A DNA stretch of 64,000 nt from Phascolarctobacterium succinatutens (GCF_958453765.1 NZ_CAUDZA010000001.1:150675-214674); one strand, 5' to 3'; positions 1 to 10,771 are shown, counted from the first letter of the stretch. Numbers and translations: made by a program. The notes: generated from the letters alone by a model not told the origin.

Positions 1-1029
1 CAGGATAGCCTCACGGCCCTTCAGATCAGGCAGCTCAACCGGAATACGGCGGTCAAAGCGTCCTGGACGCAAAAGCGCCTTATCCAAGGATTCCGGACGG
101 TTGGTAGCCGCCAAAATTACTACGCCCTTGCTGCCATCAAAGCCGTCCATCTCACTCAGCAGCTGATTCAAAGTCTGCTCGCGTTCATCATTGCCGCCGA
201 ACTGACCGTTATCACGACGTTTGCCGATGGCATCGATTTCATCGATAAATACTATGCAAGGCGCCTTTTCCTGCGCCTGCTTAAACAAATCGCGCACACG
301 GGCAGCACCCATGCCGACAAACATTTCTACAAATTCACTGCCGCTGATACTGAAGAACGGCACCTTGGCTTCGCCTGCTACCGCACGCGCCAGCAAGGTT
401 TTACCCGTACCGGGAGGGCCTACCAGCAATGCACCCTTCGGCATGTTAGCACCGATATCCTTGTACTTGCCGGGATTATGCAGAAAATCCACCAGCTCCA
501 TCAGTGCCTCCTTAGCCTCGTCCTGACCTGCTACATCGGCAAAGCTTTTGCCTGTCTGCGCTTCCACATAGACCTTGGCATTACTCTTGCCGAAGCTCAT
601 GGCGTTGCCGCCCATGCGCTTGCCCATAAAGTACATAAACAGCTGTCCAAGTCCAAAGAAAATCAGAATAGGCAGTACCCAATTGGTGAAAAAGGTTACA
701 AGCGGACTTTGTTCCTTGGGCACAACCTGCGTAAATTCTACCTTACTTTTCATCAGGCGGTTAGCCAGCTCCGGGTCCTCCACTCTGCCGGTAACATAAA
801 TTTCCTTTTCGTTGTTCTTATCAACCGCAGCCAGACGCTTATCGGTAATTTCTACCTTAGATACCTTGCCTTCATCCACCATCTGAAGAAAATTATTATA
901 GGAAACCTCCTTCATTTTCGGGTTGAAGAACATTGGCATGATTACGGAATTGAATACCAGAATCAAAACCAGCATCAGCATATAATAATACGTCAATGGC
1001 CGTTTTTTATCATTGTTATCGTTCATCAT
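1..1029 (-). CDS. ftsH: ATP-dependent zinc metalloprotease FtsH, N-terminal 343 codons (runs off window start)
   Basis: Minus-strand translation from the ATG at 1029 gives [12 protein letters not shown]..., a TM region, an AAA Walker A (GPPGTGKT), Walker B (IVFIDEIDA) and second region of homology; RBS GAGGAG sits upstream; the plus-strand ORFs here are antisense artefacts. Confidence 0.9.
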   Translation of the reverse strand, partial: MMNDNNDKKRPLTYYYMLMLVLILVFNSVIMPMFFNPKMKEVSYNNFLQMVDEGKVSKVEITDKRLAAVDKNNEKEIYVTGRVEDPELANRLMKSKVEFTQVVPKEQSPLVTFFTNWVLPILIFFGLGQLFMYFMGKRMGGNAMSFGKSNAKVYVEAQTGKSFADVAGQDEAKEALMELVDFLHNPGKYKDIGANMPKGALLVGPPGTGKTLLARAVAGEAKVPFFSISGSEFVEMFVGMGAARVRDLFKQAQEKAPCIVFIDEIDAIGKRRDNGQFGGNDEREQTLNQLLSEMDGFDGSKGVVILAATNRPESLDKALLRPGRFDRRIPVELPDLKGREAIL

Positions 1030-1252
1030 TTCATCTCCTCGCTATGCTTTATAAGTATTATTGTATACCTATTTATAGCAATAAACAAACGAAAAAAATG
1101 TGAAGCTGATTGTATCGTCAACACAAAAAGTGTTAAAAAATCACACTCTCCCAGTCCCCTGCAAGAATACTTGTATACATGCGTCCTATCCCTTGAATTT
1201 ACATGCCGTTTTCTATACAATTAGCATGTAACTATCTAAGGAGGTCAAACTT

Positions 1253-4200
1253 ATGCCTAAAATTAATACAGTTTTAGTTGCTAACCGCGGCGAAATCGCC
1301 ATCCGCGTTTTCCGCGCCTGCAACGAATTAGGAATCCGTACTGTTGCTATATATTCCAAGGAGGACACCCTGTCCCTGCATCGCAACAAAGCCGACGAGG
1401 CCTACATGGTAGGCGAAGGCAAAAGTCCGACCGACGCTTATCTTGATATCGAAGACATTCTGCGCGTAGCCAAGGAGCATGACGTAGATGCCATCCATCC
1501 CGGTTATGGCTTTTTATCTGAAAACAGCAATTTAGCTCGCCGCTGTGCTGAGGAAGGACTGATTTTCATAGGCCCTCGCCTGGAACACCTGGTAATGTTC
1601 GGCGACAAAATAAACGCCCGTAAGCAAGCCGAGCTGGCAGGCATCCCCATGATTCCCGGCAGCAAGGGCACGGTAAACAGCCTCGATGAGGTACTGGCCT
1701 TTGGTGAAAAATGCGGCTATCCTATCATCATTAAAGCAGTCAACGGCGGCGGCGGCCGCGGTATGCGCGTTGTTCACAGCGCCGAAGAAGCCATAACTGC
1801 CTACGACATGGCTAAAAGCGAAGCTAAAAAAGCCTTTGGCAATGATGAAATATATCTGGAAAAATATCTGCAAAATCCGAAACACATCGAAGTACAGATT
1901 ATCGGCGATACCCACGGCAATTTAATGCATCTGTTTGAGCGCGACTGCTCCGTACAGCGCCGCCACCAGAAGCTGGTTGAAATTGCTCCGGCCTTCGCTC
2001 TGCCTATAGAACAACGCAAAGCTATCTGCGACGCTGCTGTCAAGCTGATGAAAAATGTTGACTACATCAGCGCCGGCACCGTAGAATTTTTGGCTACTCC
2101 CGACGGCAAGTTCTACTTCATCGAGGTTAACCCCCGCATTCAGGTTGAGCACACCGTTACCGAGCAAATTACCGGTATCGACATTGTACAGACACAAATC
2201 AAGATTGCCGAGGGCTACAACCTGCACGGCCCGGAAATCGCCCTGCCGCAGCAGGATGAGCTGACAACCATCGGCCACGCTATCCAATGCCGTATTACCA
2301 CTGAGGACCCGTCCAATAACTTTATGCCCGATACCGGCAAGCTGATTACCTACCGCAGCGGCGGCGGCTTCGGCATCCGTCTGGACGGCGGCAACGCCTT
2401 CACCGGCTCCGTCATCACTCCGTATTACGATTCTCTGCTGGTTAAGGCTACCACCTGGGGCCTCACTCACCAGATTGCAATTACCAAGATGCTGCGCTGC
2501 TTAAAAGAATTCCGTATCCGCGGCGTCAAAACCAATATCCAGTTTTTGGAAAATGTACTGCAGAACCCGCACTTCATCAAGGGCGATTACACAACCGACT
2601 TTGTTGATAATACACCGGAGCTGTTTGTCTTCCAAAAAACCTTGGACCGTGGCAACAAGCTGCTGAACTATATTGCTGACATTACTGTCAACGGTTATTC
2701 CAACGTCGGCGTACAGCCGAAGCCGGACTTTGCACCGCTGAATATGCCCAAGCCCTACAACGGCATTCTGGCACTGGGTGCCAAGCACGTTCTTGATACC
2801 CGCGGACCTGAAGGTCTGGCTGAATGGGTACTGGCACAGCAGGAGGTTCTGCTCACCGACACCACCTTCCGTGATGCGCATCAGTCCCTCTTCGCAACCC
2901 GCCTGCGTACTGCCGATATGCTGCGCGTTATGCGCGACACCGCCGGTAAACTGCCCGGACTCTTCTCCTTTGAATGCTGGGGCGGCGCTACCTTTGACGT
3001 AGCCTATCGCTTCCTCGATGAAAGCCCCTGGCAACGTCTGGCACAGTTCCGTCAGGCTGCTCCGAACATTCTCTTCCAGATGCTGCTGCGCGGTGCCAAC
3101 GCCGTAGGCTACACCAGCTATCCGGATAATGTTGTTAAGCAGTTCATCAAGCTGGCAGCCAAGAACGGTATCGACGTTTTCCGTATCTTCGACAGCCTCA
3201 ACGGTCTGGACAATATGCGCCTGTCCATTGACACCGTCCGCGAATGCGGTAAGGTAGCAGAAGCAGCACTGTGCTACACCGGTGATATTCTCGCCCCCAA
3301 CCGCGATAAATACGATTTGCATTACTACATCAATATGGCTAAGGAGCTGGAAAAAGCCGGCGCCAACATCATCGCCATCAAGGATATGGCAGGCCTGTTG
3401 AAACCGGAAGCAGCTTACCGCCTTGTAAGCAGCCTCAAATCCTATGTCAACGTACCTATCCATCTGCACACCCACGAGGGCAGCGGCAACGCTATCTACA
3501 CCTACGCGCGTGCTATTGATGCCGGCGTTGATATCGTAGATACTGCTATGAGCGCCATGAGCAACGGTACCTCCCAACCCAGCGGCAGCAGCCTGTACTA
3601 CGCACTCAGCGGTCATCCGCGTCAACCGCGTCTTGACGTAGACGCTATGAACGAGCTGTCCCGTTATTGGGAAACCGTGCGCCCCTACTACAAGGCTGCC
3701 GACAGAACCGAAAACTTCCCCAACCCCGAGGTTTACGTACACGAAATGCCCGGCGGACAATATACCAACCTCAAACAGCAGGCACAGGCTCTGGGCCTCA
3801 TCCATCGCTGGGAGGAAATCAAGGATATGTATCACCGCGTATCCATGATGTTCGGCGATTTAATCAAGGTTACTCCGTCCTCCAAGGTTGTCGGTGATAT
3901 GGCACTCTTCATGGTGCAGAATGAGCTGACGGAAGAGGATGTTTACGCTAAGGGCGATATTCTGGACTTCCCGGCCTCCGTTGTGGAATTCTTCGAAGGA
4001 CGCATCGGCACTCCGTACCAGGGCTTCCCCGAAAAACTGCAGAAGCTGGTGCTCAAAGGACGCGCACCTATCAGCGAGCGTCCGGGCGCTGTACTGCCTC
4101 CGGTAGATTTTGAGGATGTACGCGCTAAGCTCAAGGAACTGGATGCACCTACTACGGACGAAGCAGTCAGTGCTTACTGCCTCTATCCTAAGGTATTCAT

Positions 4201-4693
4201 CGACTGGGTAAACCGTTACAACCAATTCGGCGATGTATCCGTTCTCGATACTCCTACCTTCTTCTTCGGCATGACGCCGGGCGAGGTTATCAAGGTTGAA
4301 ATTGAACAAGGCAAAGTGCTCGTTATCAAGCTGGACCACATCTCCGAAGCCAATGCTGCCGGTATGCGTACCGTATTCTTCGAATTCAACGGCTTGCCGC
4401 GTGAAATCGAAATCAAGGACCGCAACGCCAAGACCACCACTGTTACACGCAAGAAAGCAGAAAAAGGCAACATGGGTGAAATCGGCGCTTCCCTTTCAGG
4501 CTCCGTTGTCAAGGTTCTGGTAGAAAAAGGCCAGTCCGTTACCAAGGGCACTCCGCTGATTGTTACCGAAGCTATGAAGATGGAAACCACGCTTTCGGCA
4601 CCGATTTCCGGCATCGTCAGCGCTATCCATGTAGCTGCAGGCGAACGCGTAGAAAGCGGCGACTGCCTCCTGGAAATCAAAACTCAAATGTAA
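1253..4693 (+). CDS. pyc: pyruvate carboxylase (biotin carboxylase + carboxyltransferase + biotinyl domain)
   Basis: 1146 aa; ATP-grasp biotin carboxylase N-terminus, a central TIM-barrel carboxyltransferase and a C-terminal biotinyl motif EAMKME; RBS AAGGAGG before the ATG. Confidence 0.95.
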   Translation: MPKINTVLVANRGEIAIRVFRACNELGIRTVAIYSKEDTLSLHRNKADEAYMVGEGKSPTDAYLDIEDILRVAKEHDVDAIHPGYGFLSENSNLARRCAEEGLIFIGPRLEHLVMFGDKINARKQAELAGIPMIPGSKGTVNSLDEVLAFGEKCGYPIIIKAVNGGGGRGMRVVHSAEEAITAYDMAKSEAKKAFGNDEIYLEKYLQNPKHIEVQIIGDTHGNLMHLFERDCSVQRRHQKLVEIAPAFALPIEQRKAICDAAVKLMKNVDYISAGTVEFLATPDGKFYFIEVNPRIQVEHTVTEQITGIDIVQTQIKIAEGYNLHGPEIALPQQDELTTIGHAIQCRITTEDPSNNFMPDTGKLITYRSGGGFGIRLDGGNAFTGSVITPYYDSLLVKATTWGLTHQIAITKMLRCLKEFRIRGVKTNIQFLENVLQNPHFIKGDYTTDFVDNTPELFVFQKTLDRGNKLLNYIADITVNGYSNVGVQPKPDFAPLNMPKPYNGILALGAKHVLDTRGPEGLAEWVLAQQEVLLTDTTFRDAHQSLFATRLRTADMLRVMRDTAGKLPGLFSFECWGGATFDVAYRFLDESPWQRLAQFRQAAPNILFQMLLRGANAVGYTSYPDNVVKQFIKLAAKNGIDVFRIFDSLNGLDNMRLSIDTVRECGKVAEAALCYTGDILAPNRDKYDLHYYINMAKELEKAGANIIAIKDMAGLLKPEAAYRLVSSLKSYVNVPIHLHTHEGSGNAIYTYARAIDAGVDIVDTAMSAMSNGTSQPSGSSLYYALSGHPRQPRLDVDAMNELSRYWETVRPYYKAADRTENFPNPEVYVHEMPGGQYTNLKQQAQALGLIHRWEEIKDMYHRVSMMFGDLIKVTPSSKVVGDMALFMVQNELTEEDVYAKGDILDFPASVVEFFEGRIGTPYQGFPEKLQKLVLKGRAPISERPGAVLPPVDFEDVRAKLKELDAPTTDEAVSAYCLYPKVFIDWVNRYNQFGDVSVLDTPTFFFGMTPGEVIKVEIEQGKVLVIKLDHISEANAAGMRTVFFEFNGLPREIEIKDRNAKTTTVTRKKAEKGNMGEIGASLSGSVVKVLVEKGQSVTKGTPLIVTEAMKMETTLSAPISGIVSAIHVAAGERVESGDCLLEIKTQM

Positions 4694-4712
4694 ATTACAT
4701 ACGCTTAAACTT

Positions 4713-4763
4713 AAGGCTGCTGCCGTGGCGGATTTCCGCTGCTACAGCAGCCTTACTTTTTTT
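4713..4763 (+). terminator. Rho-independent terminator after pyc
   Basis: GC-rich inverted repeat aaggctgctg...cagcagcctt followed by a run of seven T. Confidence 0.7.
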
Positions 4764-4865
4764 GCTGGTCATTATTTTTCCTCTATGTTATGATATAGTT
4801 ACTCTTTGCTTTTTTAAAAACAGCATTATTTGCTGCAATACATATTTTTATTACGAGGTGAGCAC

Positions 4866-6395
4866 ATGAAGCAGACAATCTATCAATATGTAAACAGCCA
4901 TCTGGACGAGCATGGCCGCTTTACTGCTACCAATCTGTGCGATGACCGCTACGCCACCATTCCCCGTCCCCTTGGCTCCGAGGATGCCTTTCACTATACA
5001 ATGGGCAACCTGCCCAATCCCAAATCCGCCAGCATACTGCTGAAGCTGCTGCAGGCTTATCTGAAGGAACCTACCACCAAGCAGCGCAGCAAACTGTACA
5101 ATGAACTGAAGGGCATGGCCTTTGCGGAATATTGCGATCCCTTTATTGAAGCCTTAGACCAAAATGATATCAACAGTGTTGCCTTTGATCTGGCGCGACG
5201 CTTTTTCTACAACGCCGACGGACGTGAGCAGGTAAAATTCGCCCTGCTGCTTTTCGGCATGTACGGCATGGAAAAAATTTGTCAGCAGGAGCCGGAGCTG
5301 TGGCAGGATTTGCTGCGCATAGCACACTGCGAGGAATTTACCTTCGCCTTTTTATATTCCTGCCGCGTAACTAATTTCAACCCGCAAAACGCTATCTGGG
5401 AGCTTATCCGCTGCACCAGCGGCTGGGGCAAGGTTTTCAGCATTACCGACTGCCACTGCCGTGATGAGGAGGAACGCCTCTGGCTGCTGCAAAACGGTCC
5501 CGATATCGACGTAGAATATCCGCCGCTGTCCGTCAAATTCATCAGAGAAACACATTTAGAGGAACAGCTGGCACATCCGCTTAACTACGCACAGTATAAA
5601 AGCGCTGTCATCATCGTGGGCAATTATCTGATTATGCTCAACCATTTCCCGGCAGAGGTAATCGAAGAGCAGTTCAACATCAGCGATATCCATCTGAACA
5701 AGCTGCTTACATGTCTGCTCAAGCAGGCGGAAGTACATGTCAGCAAACCGGAGGATGTACTGGACTTAATCAGCTACGTTACAGCGCTGCAGCAGCTTTG
5801 CGATGAGCAGAACCATATGCAGCTCACGCTTAACCAATGCCATGAGCAGATTGCCGCCTGCGAAAAAATCATCTACCGCAAGGACTGGCAGCCTGAAATA
5901 GAAAATAATTTAATCAAGGATGATAAGCTCGATTACCAGCTGTGCAACCTGGCAGTGGAGCTTGATATAGACATTTGGCCGCGGCTTTTCGATTTTTGGC
6001 TGGCGCATCCGGACGAAACACCGCTGTTCCCGTACCTGCTTTCCTACGAAGGCGAGCAGCGCTCCGAACGCGTGCTACGTCAAATAGAATCAGACCTGCC
6101 CCGCTACTGCGTAGAACAAAACGACCTGCTGGTACCGCTGCGTTATCTCAACACACATCCAGGTGAAAGCGATGCTATTATCTGCGCTGCCCTGGAATCT
6201 ATCTTCGATTTGCCGCGCGGCATCGCCTGCGGCATTGTCGATGACTGGGGACAGGAATTTATCACGCCTGCCATCCGCCGCTCGCTGATTAAAGCACGTC
6301 AGCTCAGCAATAACGATGTAGTTACCGCGCGTATCGACTGCCTGCTGGCAGGCAAGCATTTCGAAATCGGCAAGTTCCTCAACAAACGCAAATAA
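4866..6395 (+). CDS. hypothetical cytoplasmic protein (about 510 aa, Cys-rich, no recognisable domain)
   Basis: Long ORF with RBS GAGGTG 7 nt before the ATG at 4866; bounded by terminators on both sides and apparently carrying its own promoter; I see no TM segment and no motif I recognise. Confidence 0.6.
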   Translation: MKQTIYQYVNSHLDEHGRFTATNLCDDRYATIPRPLGSEDAFHYTMGNLPNPKSASILLKLLQAYLKEPTTKQRSKLYNELKGMAFAEYCDPFIEALDQNDINSVAFDLARRFFYNADGREQVKFALLLFGMYGMEKICQQEPELWQDLLRIAHCEEFTFAFLYSCRVTNFNPQNAIWELIRCTSGWGKVFSITDCHCRDEEERLWLLQNGPDIDVEYPPLSVKFIRETHLEEQLAHPLNYAQYKSAVIIVGNYLIMLNHFPAEVIEEQFNISDIHLNKLLTCLLKQAEVHVSKPEDVLDLISYVTALQQLCDEQNHMQLTLNQCHEQIAACEKIIYRKDWQPEIENNLIKDDKLDYQLCNLAVELDIDIWPRLFDFWLAHPDETPLFPYLLSYEGEQRSERVLRQIESDLPRYCVEQNDLLVPLRYLNTHPGESDAIICAALESIFDLPRGIACGIVDDWGQEFITPAIRRSLIKARQLSNNDVVTARIDCLLAGKHFEIGKFLNKRK

Positions 6396-6466
6396 GCAGA
6401 CTGCTATGCAATGTTATTGCTTAGCTTAGACAGTTATTGCTAAGAAAAGCTTTCTCAACACATAAC

Positions 6467-6513
6467 AAAACCGGTTTCCCTATCGGCTTAAAAGCCTGGG
6501 AAACCGGTTTTTT
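6467..6513. terminator. bidirectional terminator between the hypothetical gene and galE
   Basis: 13-bp inverted repeat aaaccggtttccc / gggaaaccggttt with a T-run on the plus strand and an A-run on the other. Confidence 0.7.
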
Positions 6514-6532
6514 AGTATGCACTTATTTACTT

Positions 6533-7522
6533 TTAGCCGCAATAGCCATGCGGATGGCCCTTATGCCACTTCCACGCAGTGCTGATAACCTCATCTACAC
6601 TGCTGTGCTGCGGCTCCCAGCCCAGCTCTTCACGAATTTTAGCCGAAGAAGCAATGAGCACTGCGGGATCACCGGCACGACGCGCCTCCTCCACAACGGG
6701 GAAGTCAACACCGGTAACCTTTTTGGCACTGTCAATCATCTGGCGCACACTGAAGCCGTTTTCACTGCCCAGATTATACACCCGGCTGCTGCCGCCGCTC
6801 AAAAGATGCTTGAGCGCCAGCACATGCGCCTTCGCCAAATCGCAGACATGAATATAATCACGCACACAGGTACCGTCAGCCGTCGGATAATCGGTACCGA
6901 AGATAGAAACCTGCTTGCGCACGCCCTGCGCCGTTTTCAGAATCAGCGGAATGAGATGGCTTTCCGGGCTGTGATCCTCGCCGATATCACGCGTAGGAGA
7001 AGCACCGGCAGCGTTAAAATAACGCAAAGCTACATAACGCATATCATAGGCATGATCATAATCCGCCAGCATGCCTTCAATTGCCAGCTTAGTACGGCCG
7101 TAAACGTTGGTCGGTGCCAGACGGCTGTCCTCGGTAATAGGTACTGCTTCCGGCTCACCGTAAACAGCTGCGGTAGAAGAAAATACCATGCGGTCCACAC
7201 CGGCACCACGCATAGCCTCTAAAAGATGCAGGCTGCCTTCAACATTATTAAAATAATATTTCGCCGGGTCGGTCATAGATTCACCTACCAGACTGCTGGC
7301 AGCAAAATGAATCACCGCATCAATTTTAAACTGCTCCATAATGTGCTTGGCAAAGCGTACATCATGGATATCGCCTTCTACCAGCTGTACCTCGTCAGGC
7401 ACTGCCGCCTCATGGCCGGTAGAAAAATTATCATAAACAATAGGAGTAAAGCCGCTCTTTTGCAGCTCCTCCACTACATGGGAGCCAATATAACCTGCTC
7501 CGCCGGTAACAAGGATATTCAT
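6533..7522 (-). CDS. galE: UDP-glucose 4-epimerase
   Basis: MNILVTGGAGYIGSHVV... Rossmann GxxGxxG motif and YxxxK; 329 aa. Confidence 0.92.
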   Translation of the reverse strand: MNILVTGGAGYIGSHVVEELQKSGFTPIVYDNFSTGHEAAVPDEVQLVEGDIHDVRFAKHIMEQFKIDAVIHFAASSLVGESMTDPAKYYFNNVEGSLHLLEAMRGAGVDRMVFSSTAAVYGEPEAVPITEDSRLAPTNVYGRTKLAIEGMLADYDHAYDMRYVALRYFNAAGASPTRDIGEDHSPESHLIPLILKTAQGVRKQVSIFGTDYPTADGTCVRDYIHVCDLAKAHVLALKHLLSGGSSRVYNLGSENGFSVRQMIDSAKKVTGVDFPVVEEARRAGDPAVLIASSAKIREELGWEPQHSSVDEVISTAWKWHKGHPHGYCG

Positions 7523-7525
7523 TAA

Positions 7526-8407
7526 TTATTTGCTATCCTTTGCAACGATTCCCTGCAGATAGGTCAGGAACTTGTCACGCAGCTCAGGACGCTTCAGCGC
7601 CATTTCTACAGTTGCCTCCAGGAAGCCCTGCTTATCACCTACGTCATAGCGACGGCCTACAAAATCATAAGCATACATCGGCTGCTCCTTGGCCAATACC
7701 TTAAGCGCATCGGTAAGCTGGATTTCATTACCACGGCCGGGCTGAGTTTGCTCCAGAATCGGGAAAATTTCCGGTGTAATTACATAACGGCCCAAAACCG
7801 CCAGACGAGAGGGCGCTTCTTCTACCGCAGGCTTTTCTACCATATCATTTACCTTGACAGTGCGTGCTTCACCAGTCGGTTCACCGGCAACAATGCCATA
7901 AGCAGATACCTTCTCCTGCGGCACCTCCTGCACACCTAAAACGCTGGCACCGGTTTTATCATAGACATCGATCAGCTGCTTCAGCGCAGGCACCTGGCTG
8001 TCAACAACGTCGTCACCCAGCAATACAGCAAAGGGTTCATCGCCCACAAAATGCTTAGCGCACAAAATAGCATGGCCAAGTCCACGCGGTTCCTTTTGGC
8101 GGATATAGTGAATGCGGATATCAGAAATTTTGCGAACCAGCTCCAGCTCCTTGGTTTTGCCGCTGGCCTCCAGGTTCAGCTCCAGCTCGATGCTGCGGTC
8201 GAAATGATCTTCAATGGCACGCTTGCTGCGGCCGGTAATAATCAGGATATCCTCAATGCCGGAAGCAAGAGCCTCTTCGATAATATATTGGATGGTCGGT
8301 TTATCAACAATAGGCAGCATCTCCTTCGGAGTTGCTTTGGTAGCAGGCAAAAAGCGTGTGCCCAGGCCTGCTGCCGGAATAACGGCTTTACGTACAGGTT
8401 TAAACAT
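7526..8407 (-). CDS. galU: UTP--glucose-1-phosphate uridylyltransferase
   Basis: MFKPVRKAVIPAAGLGTRFLPATKATPKEMLPIVDKP signature; 293 aa. Confidence 0.92.
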   Translation of the reverse strand: MFKPVRKAVIPAAGLGTRFLPATKATPKEMLPIVDKPTIQYIIEEALASGIEDILIITGRSKRAIEDHFDRSIELELNLEASGKTKELELVRKISDIRIHYIRQKEPRGLGHAILCAKHFVGDEPFAVLLGDDVVDSQVPALKQLIDVYDKTGASVLGVQEVPQEKVSAYGIVAGEPTGEARTVKVNDMVEKPAVEEAPSRLAVLGRYVITPEIFPILEQTQPGRGNEIQLTDALKVLAKEQPMYAYDFVGRRYDVGDKQGFLEATVEMALKRPELRDKFLTYLQGIVAKDSK

Positions 8408-8502
8408 TTAATCTTATCTCCTTTACAGACTCAAATGAAATATATGCATAGCAGCAACGCTGCAGACAGTGCTTTACGAAAAAACACGGATACTCAGGAA
8501 AG

Positions 8503-9873
8503 TTAAGCTTCTTCGCCGCCAATAACTTCCAATAATTCTGCTGTCTTCGCAGCAAGCAGCTCCTTATCACCCTTAGTTTCTACGTTCAGGCGCATTACAG
8601 GCTCCGTATTGGATACACGCACATTAAAGCGCCAGTTATCATAAGCAACGCTCAGGCCGTCCAGGTGATCCTGCTCGCCGTCAGCATATTTTTTGCCCAG
8701 CTCTGCCAGTACTGCTGCGGAATCAGCAACCTTGCGGTTGATTTCACCGCTGCAGGGATACATAGCAACGCGCTCGCCTACCAGCTCGCTTAGCTTTTTG
8801 CCGCTGCGGCACATCAGCTCGGTAACCAGCAGCCAGGGAATCATGCCGCTGTCGCAGCAGGAGAAATCGCGGAAATAATGATGCGCACTCATCTCGCCGC
8901 CGTACAGCACGTCATTGTTGCGCATGCATTCCTTCATAAAGGCATGGCCGCTCTTGCAGCGCACAGGCACACCGCCGTCACGCTGCAAAATAGCTTCCGT
9001 ATTCCAGGTCAGGCGCGGGTCGAACATAATCTTCGCACCCGGCTCCTTGTGCAGGAAAACCTCCGCCAGCAGGCCGACAATGTAATAGCCTTCGATAAAA
9101 TCTGCCTTCTCGTCAAAAAGGAAGCAGCGGTCGAAATCACCATCCCAAGCAATACCCAGATCAGCACCACTCTCGCGCACAACCTTGGCCGTAGCCTCAC
9201 GATTTGGCAGCAGCAGCGGGTTAGGCACACCATTGGGGAAGGTGCCGTCAGGCGTTTCGTTCAGCGTAATAAACTCAAACGGCAAATGCTTAGCCAGCTC
9301 CTTCAAAATCGGGCCAGCACCACCATTGCCGGGGTTAGCAACAATCTTCATCGGTTTGAGCACACTCGTATCAACGTAAGTCAGTAAATGCTCAATATAA
9401 GCAGGCATAATATCCAGCTGCTCCAAGGCACCCATAGTCTTGCCTGCTACCACCTGATGTGCAAACGGCTTTGTAGTAGCAACCATCTCACCAATTTCCT
9501 TCAGACCGGTATCGCTGGAAATAGGACGCGCATCACGACGCACCAGCTTCATGCCATTGTATTCCTTAGGATTATGGCTGGCAGTAACCATAATACCGCC
9601 ATCTGCTTTCAGATGCGCGGTAGCAAAATAAATCATTTCTGTACCACACTGGCCGATATCAATAACCTTGGTACCGCCATGGCGCAGTCCCTCTGTCAGC
9701 GCATCTACCAATGCTCTGCCGCTCAGGCGGATATCGTGTCCGACAACAACAGTTTCCGCAGCGAACATTGCTGAAAAAATGCGTCCTATACGGTAAGCCA
9801 TTTCCTCGTTAACTTCTGTGGGATAAACGCCGCGTACATCGTAGGCCTTAAAAGCCTTGTTCGTAACTTGCAT
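8503..9873 (-). CDS. phosphomannomutase / phosphoglucomutase
   Basis: Alpha-D-phosphohexomutase active-site motif TASHNP and the start MQVTNKAFKAYDVRG; forms a manB-galU-galE operon on the minus strand. Confidence 0.9.
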   Translation of the reverse strand: MQVTNKAFKAYDVRGVYPTEVNEEMAYRIGRIFSAMFAAETVVVGHDIRLSGRALVDALTEGLRHGGTKVIDIGQCGTEMIYFATAHLKADGGIMVTASHNPKEYNGMKLVRRDARPISSDTGLKEIGEMVATTKPFAHQVVAGKTMGALEQLDIMPAYIEHLLTYVDTSVLKPMKIVANPGNGGAGPILKELAKHLPFEFITLNETPDGTFPNGVPNPLLLPNREATAKVVRESGADLGIAWDGDFDRCFLFDEKADFIEGYYIVGLLAEVFLHKEPGAKIMFDPRLTWNTEAILQRDGGVPVRCKSGHAFMKECMRNNDVLYGGEMSAHHYFRDFSCCDSGMIPWLLVTELMCRSGKKLSELVGERVAMYPCSGEINRKVADSAAVLAELGKKYADGEQDHLDGLSVAYDNWRFNVRVSNTEPVMRLNVETKGDKELLAAKTAELLEVIGGEEA

Positions 9874-9948
9874 TTCTCTATTCTCCTTTTTTTATAGTGT
9901 ATTTAGCAAAATTTCATTGTTCAAGAACCATTTTATATTATTCTTCAT

Positions 9949-9985
9949 CAAACAAAAAAATCCTGCCTGCATTGCAGACAGGATT
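9949..9985 (-). terminator. terminator after the HNH gene (minus strand)
   Basis: Hairpin atcctgcctgc...gcagacaggat followed by a U-run on the minus-strand transcript. Confidence 0.6.
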
Positions 9986-9991
9986 TAAATG

Positions 9992-10771
9992 CTACAGCTT
10001 TGCTCCGCTCGAACGGATAACTTCTTCCGCTGCCTCACCCAGATACCAACGGATAACGGAAAAGAACGGCAGCGTCACGCCATTATAATCAGGCACCAGA
10101 CAGATGGTCGCCAGCATTTCCAGAACTTCATCCAGCTCACGGCCCTTACTAAGCTCATCACTTATCTGGTCCTCCAGCGTATGGATTACCTCTCGGCGCA
10201 TACGCATCAGCCGCGGCGCATTCAGATTCAGCTCGTGGATAGTGCTGCGCGCCTTCCCCTGCAAATCTTTGGGGCAGGTATCTTCGTCTACATACATCCG
10301 CCCGCTATGCTCGGCATAGCGGAACAGGCGGATTTTGCCGGGAATCTTCAGCGGATTGAGAATATAGTTTGTAATTTCACGCCCACCCTTCGGCACATCA
10401 CAGCTACGGTCCCGCTTCTGGCTGGAATAGCGCCACTCGGGATCAGGCACATACGGCTGACTGCCGCCGTGGCATACGCCCAACAGATTGCGCCAATCCA
10501 GATGATAGTTGTGCCCATGCTCCTGCGTAGCATTTTTCGGATAAAAATGCTCCACGCGGAAGTCGTCAACCTCGCCTTCCTCCTCCGCCAGCTTAATGCC
10601 TACCTCACAATAGGCGCAAAGGCCGTGCTGGTCACGCAAAATTGCTTCCCGCACCTGTTTATAACCCCTGCGGCAGCGACGGCGGAAATGCTCCCAGGTT
10701 TCCTCGGGATTATGCAGCCTGTACTGCCTGAGAAGCTCAGGTTCTTCCTTGCTTTTATAAACACGTTTCAT
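9992..10771 (-). CDS. HNH-family nuclease, PtuB-like (Septu candidate, TIGR02646-like)
   Basis: About 260 aa starting MKRVYKSKEEP; HNH core CAYCE...VDDFRVEHFYPK...HNYHLDWRNLLGVCHGG; its ATG overlaps the stop of the upstream ATPase (ATGA), so the two are translationally coupled; the longer upstream ORF extension in the track is not used. Confidence 0.7.
   Translation of the reverse strand: MKRVYKSKEEPELLRQYRLHNPEETWEHFRRRCRRGYKQVREAILRDQHGLCAYCEVGIKLAEEEGEVDDFRVEHFYPKNATQEHGHNYHLDWRNLLGVCHGGSQPYVPDPEWRYSSQKRDRSCDVPKGGREITNYILNPLKIPGKIRLFRYAEHSGRMYVDEDTCPKDLQGKARSTIHELNLNAPRLMRMRREVIHTLEDQISDELSKGRELDEVLEMLATICLVPDYNGVTLPFFSVIRWYLGEAAEEVIRSSGAKL

Noticed and set aside
1100-1170. Short palindromes (AACAC-aaaaa-GTGTT; GTGTTAAAAAATCACAC) in the ftsH/pyc divergent promoter region
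   Set aside because: They are short and AT-rich, consistent with chance in a promoter region. There is no match to the CtsR or CIRCE(HrcA) operators that usually control ftsH-like stress genes.
221-1224. Plus-strand ORFs 221..526, 478..1224 and 575..799 at the window start
   Set aside because: They are antisense to a clean, conserved ftsH reading frame on the minus strand (Walker A/B, SRH present) and have no RBS or conserved motifs of their own.
2501-3835. 444-aa antisense ORF opposite pyc, and similar long antisense ORFs: 52787..54199 opposite cobA/hemD, 17692..18795 opposite aguA, 19990..21057 opposite CANSDH, 36855..37913 opposite thiH, 9989..10792 opposite the HNH gene
   Set aside because: Each lies opposite a strongly conserved enzyme gene. 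Long stop-free antisense frames are expected at about 50% GC, and they are low-complexity Ala/Gly/Val-rich translations with no motifs or RBS.
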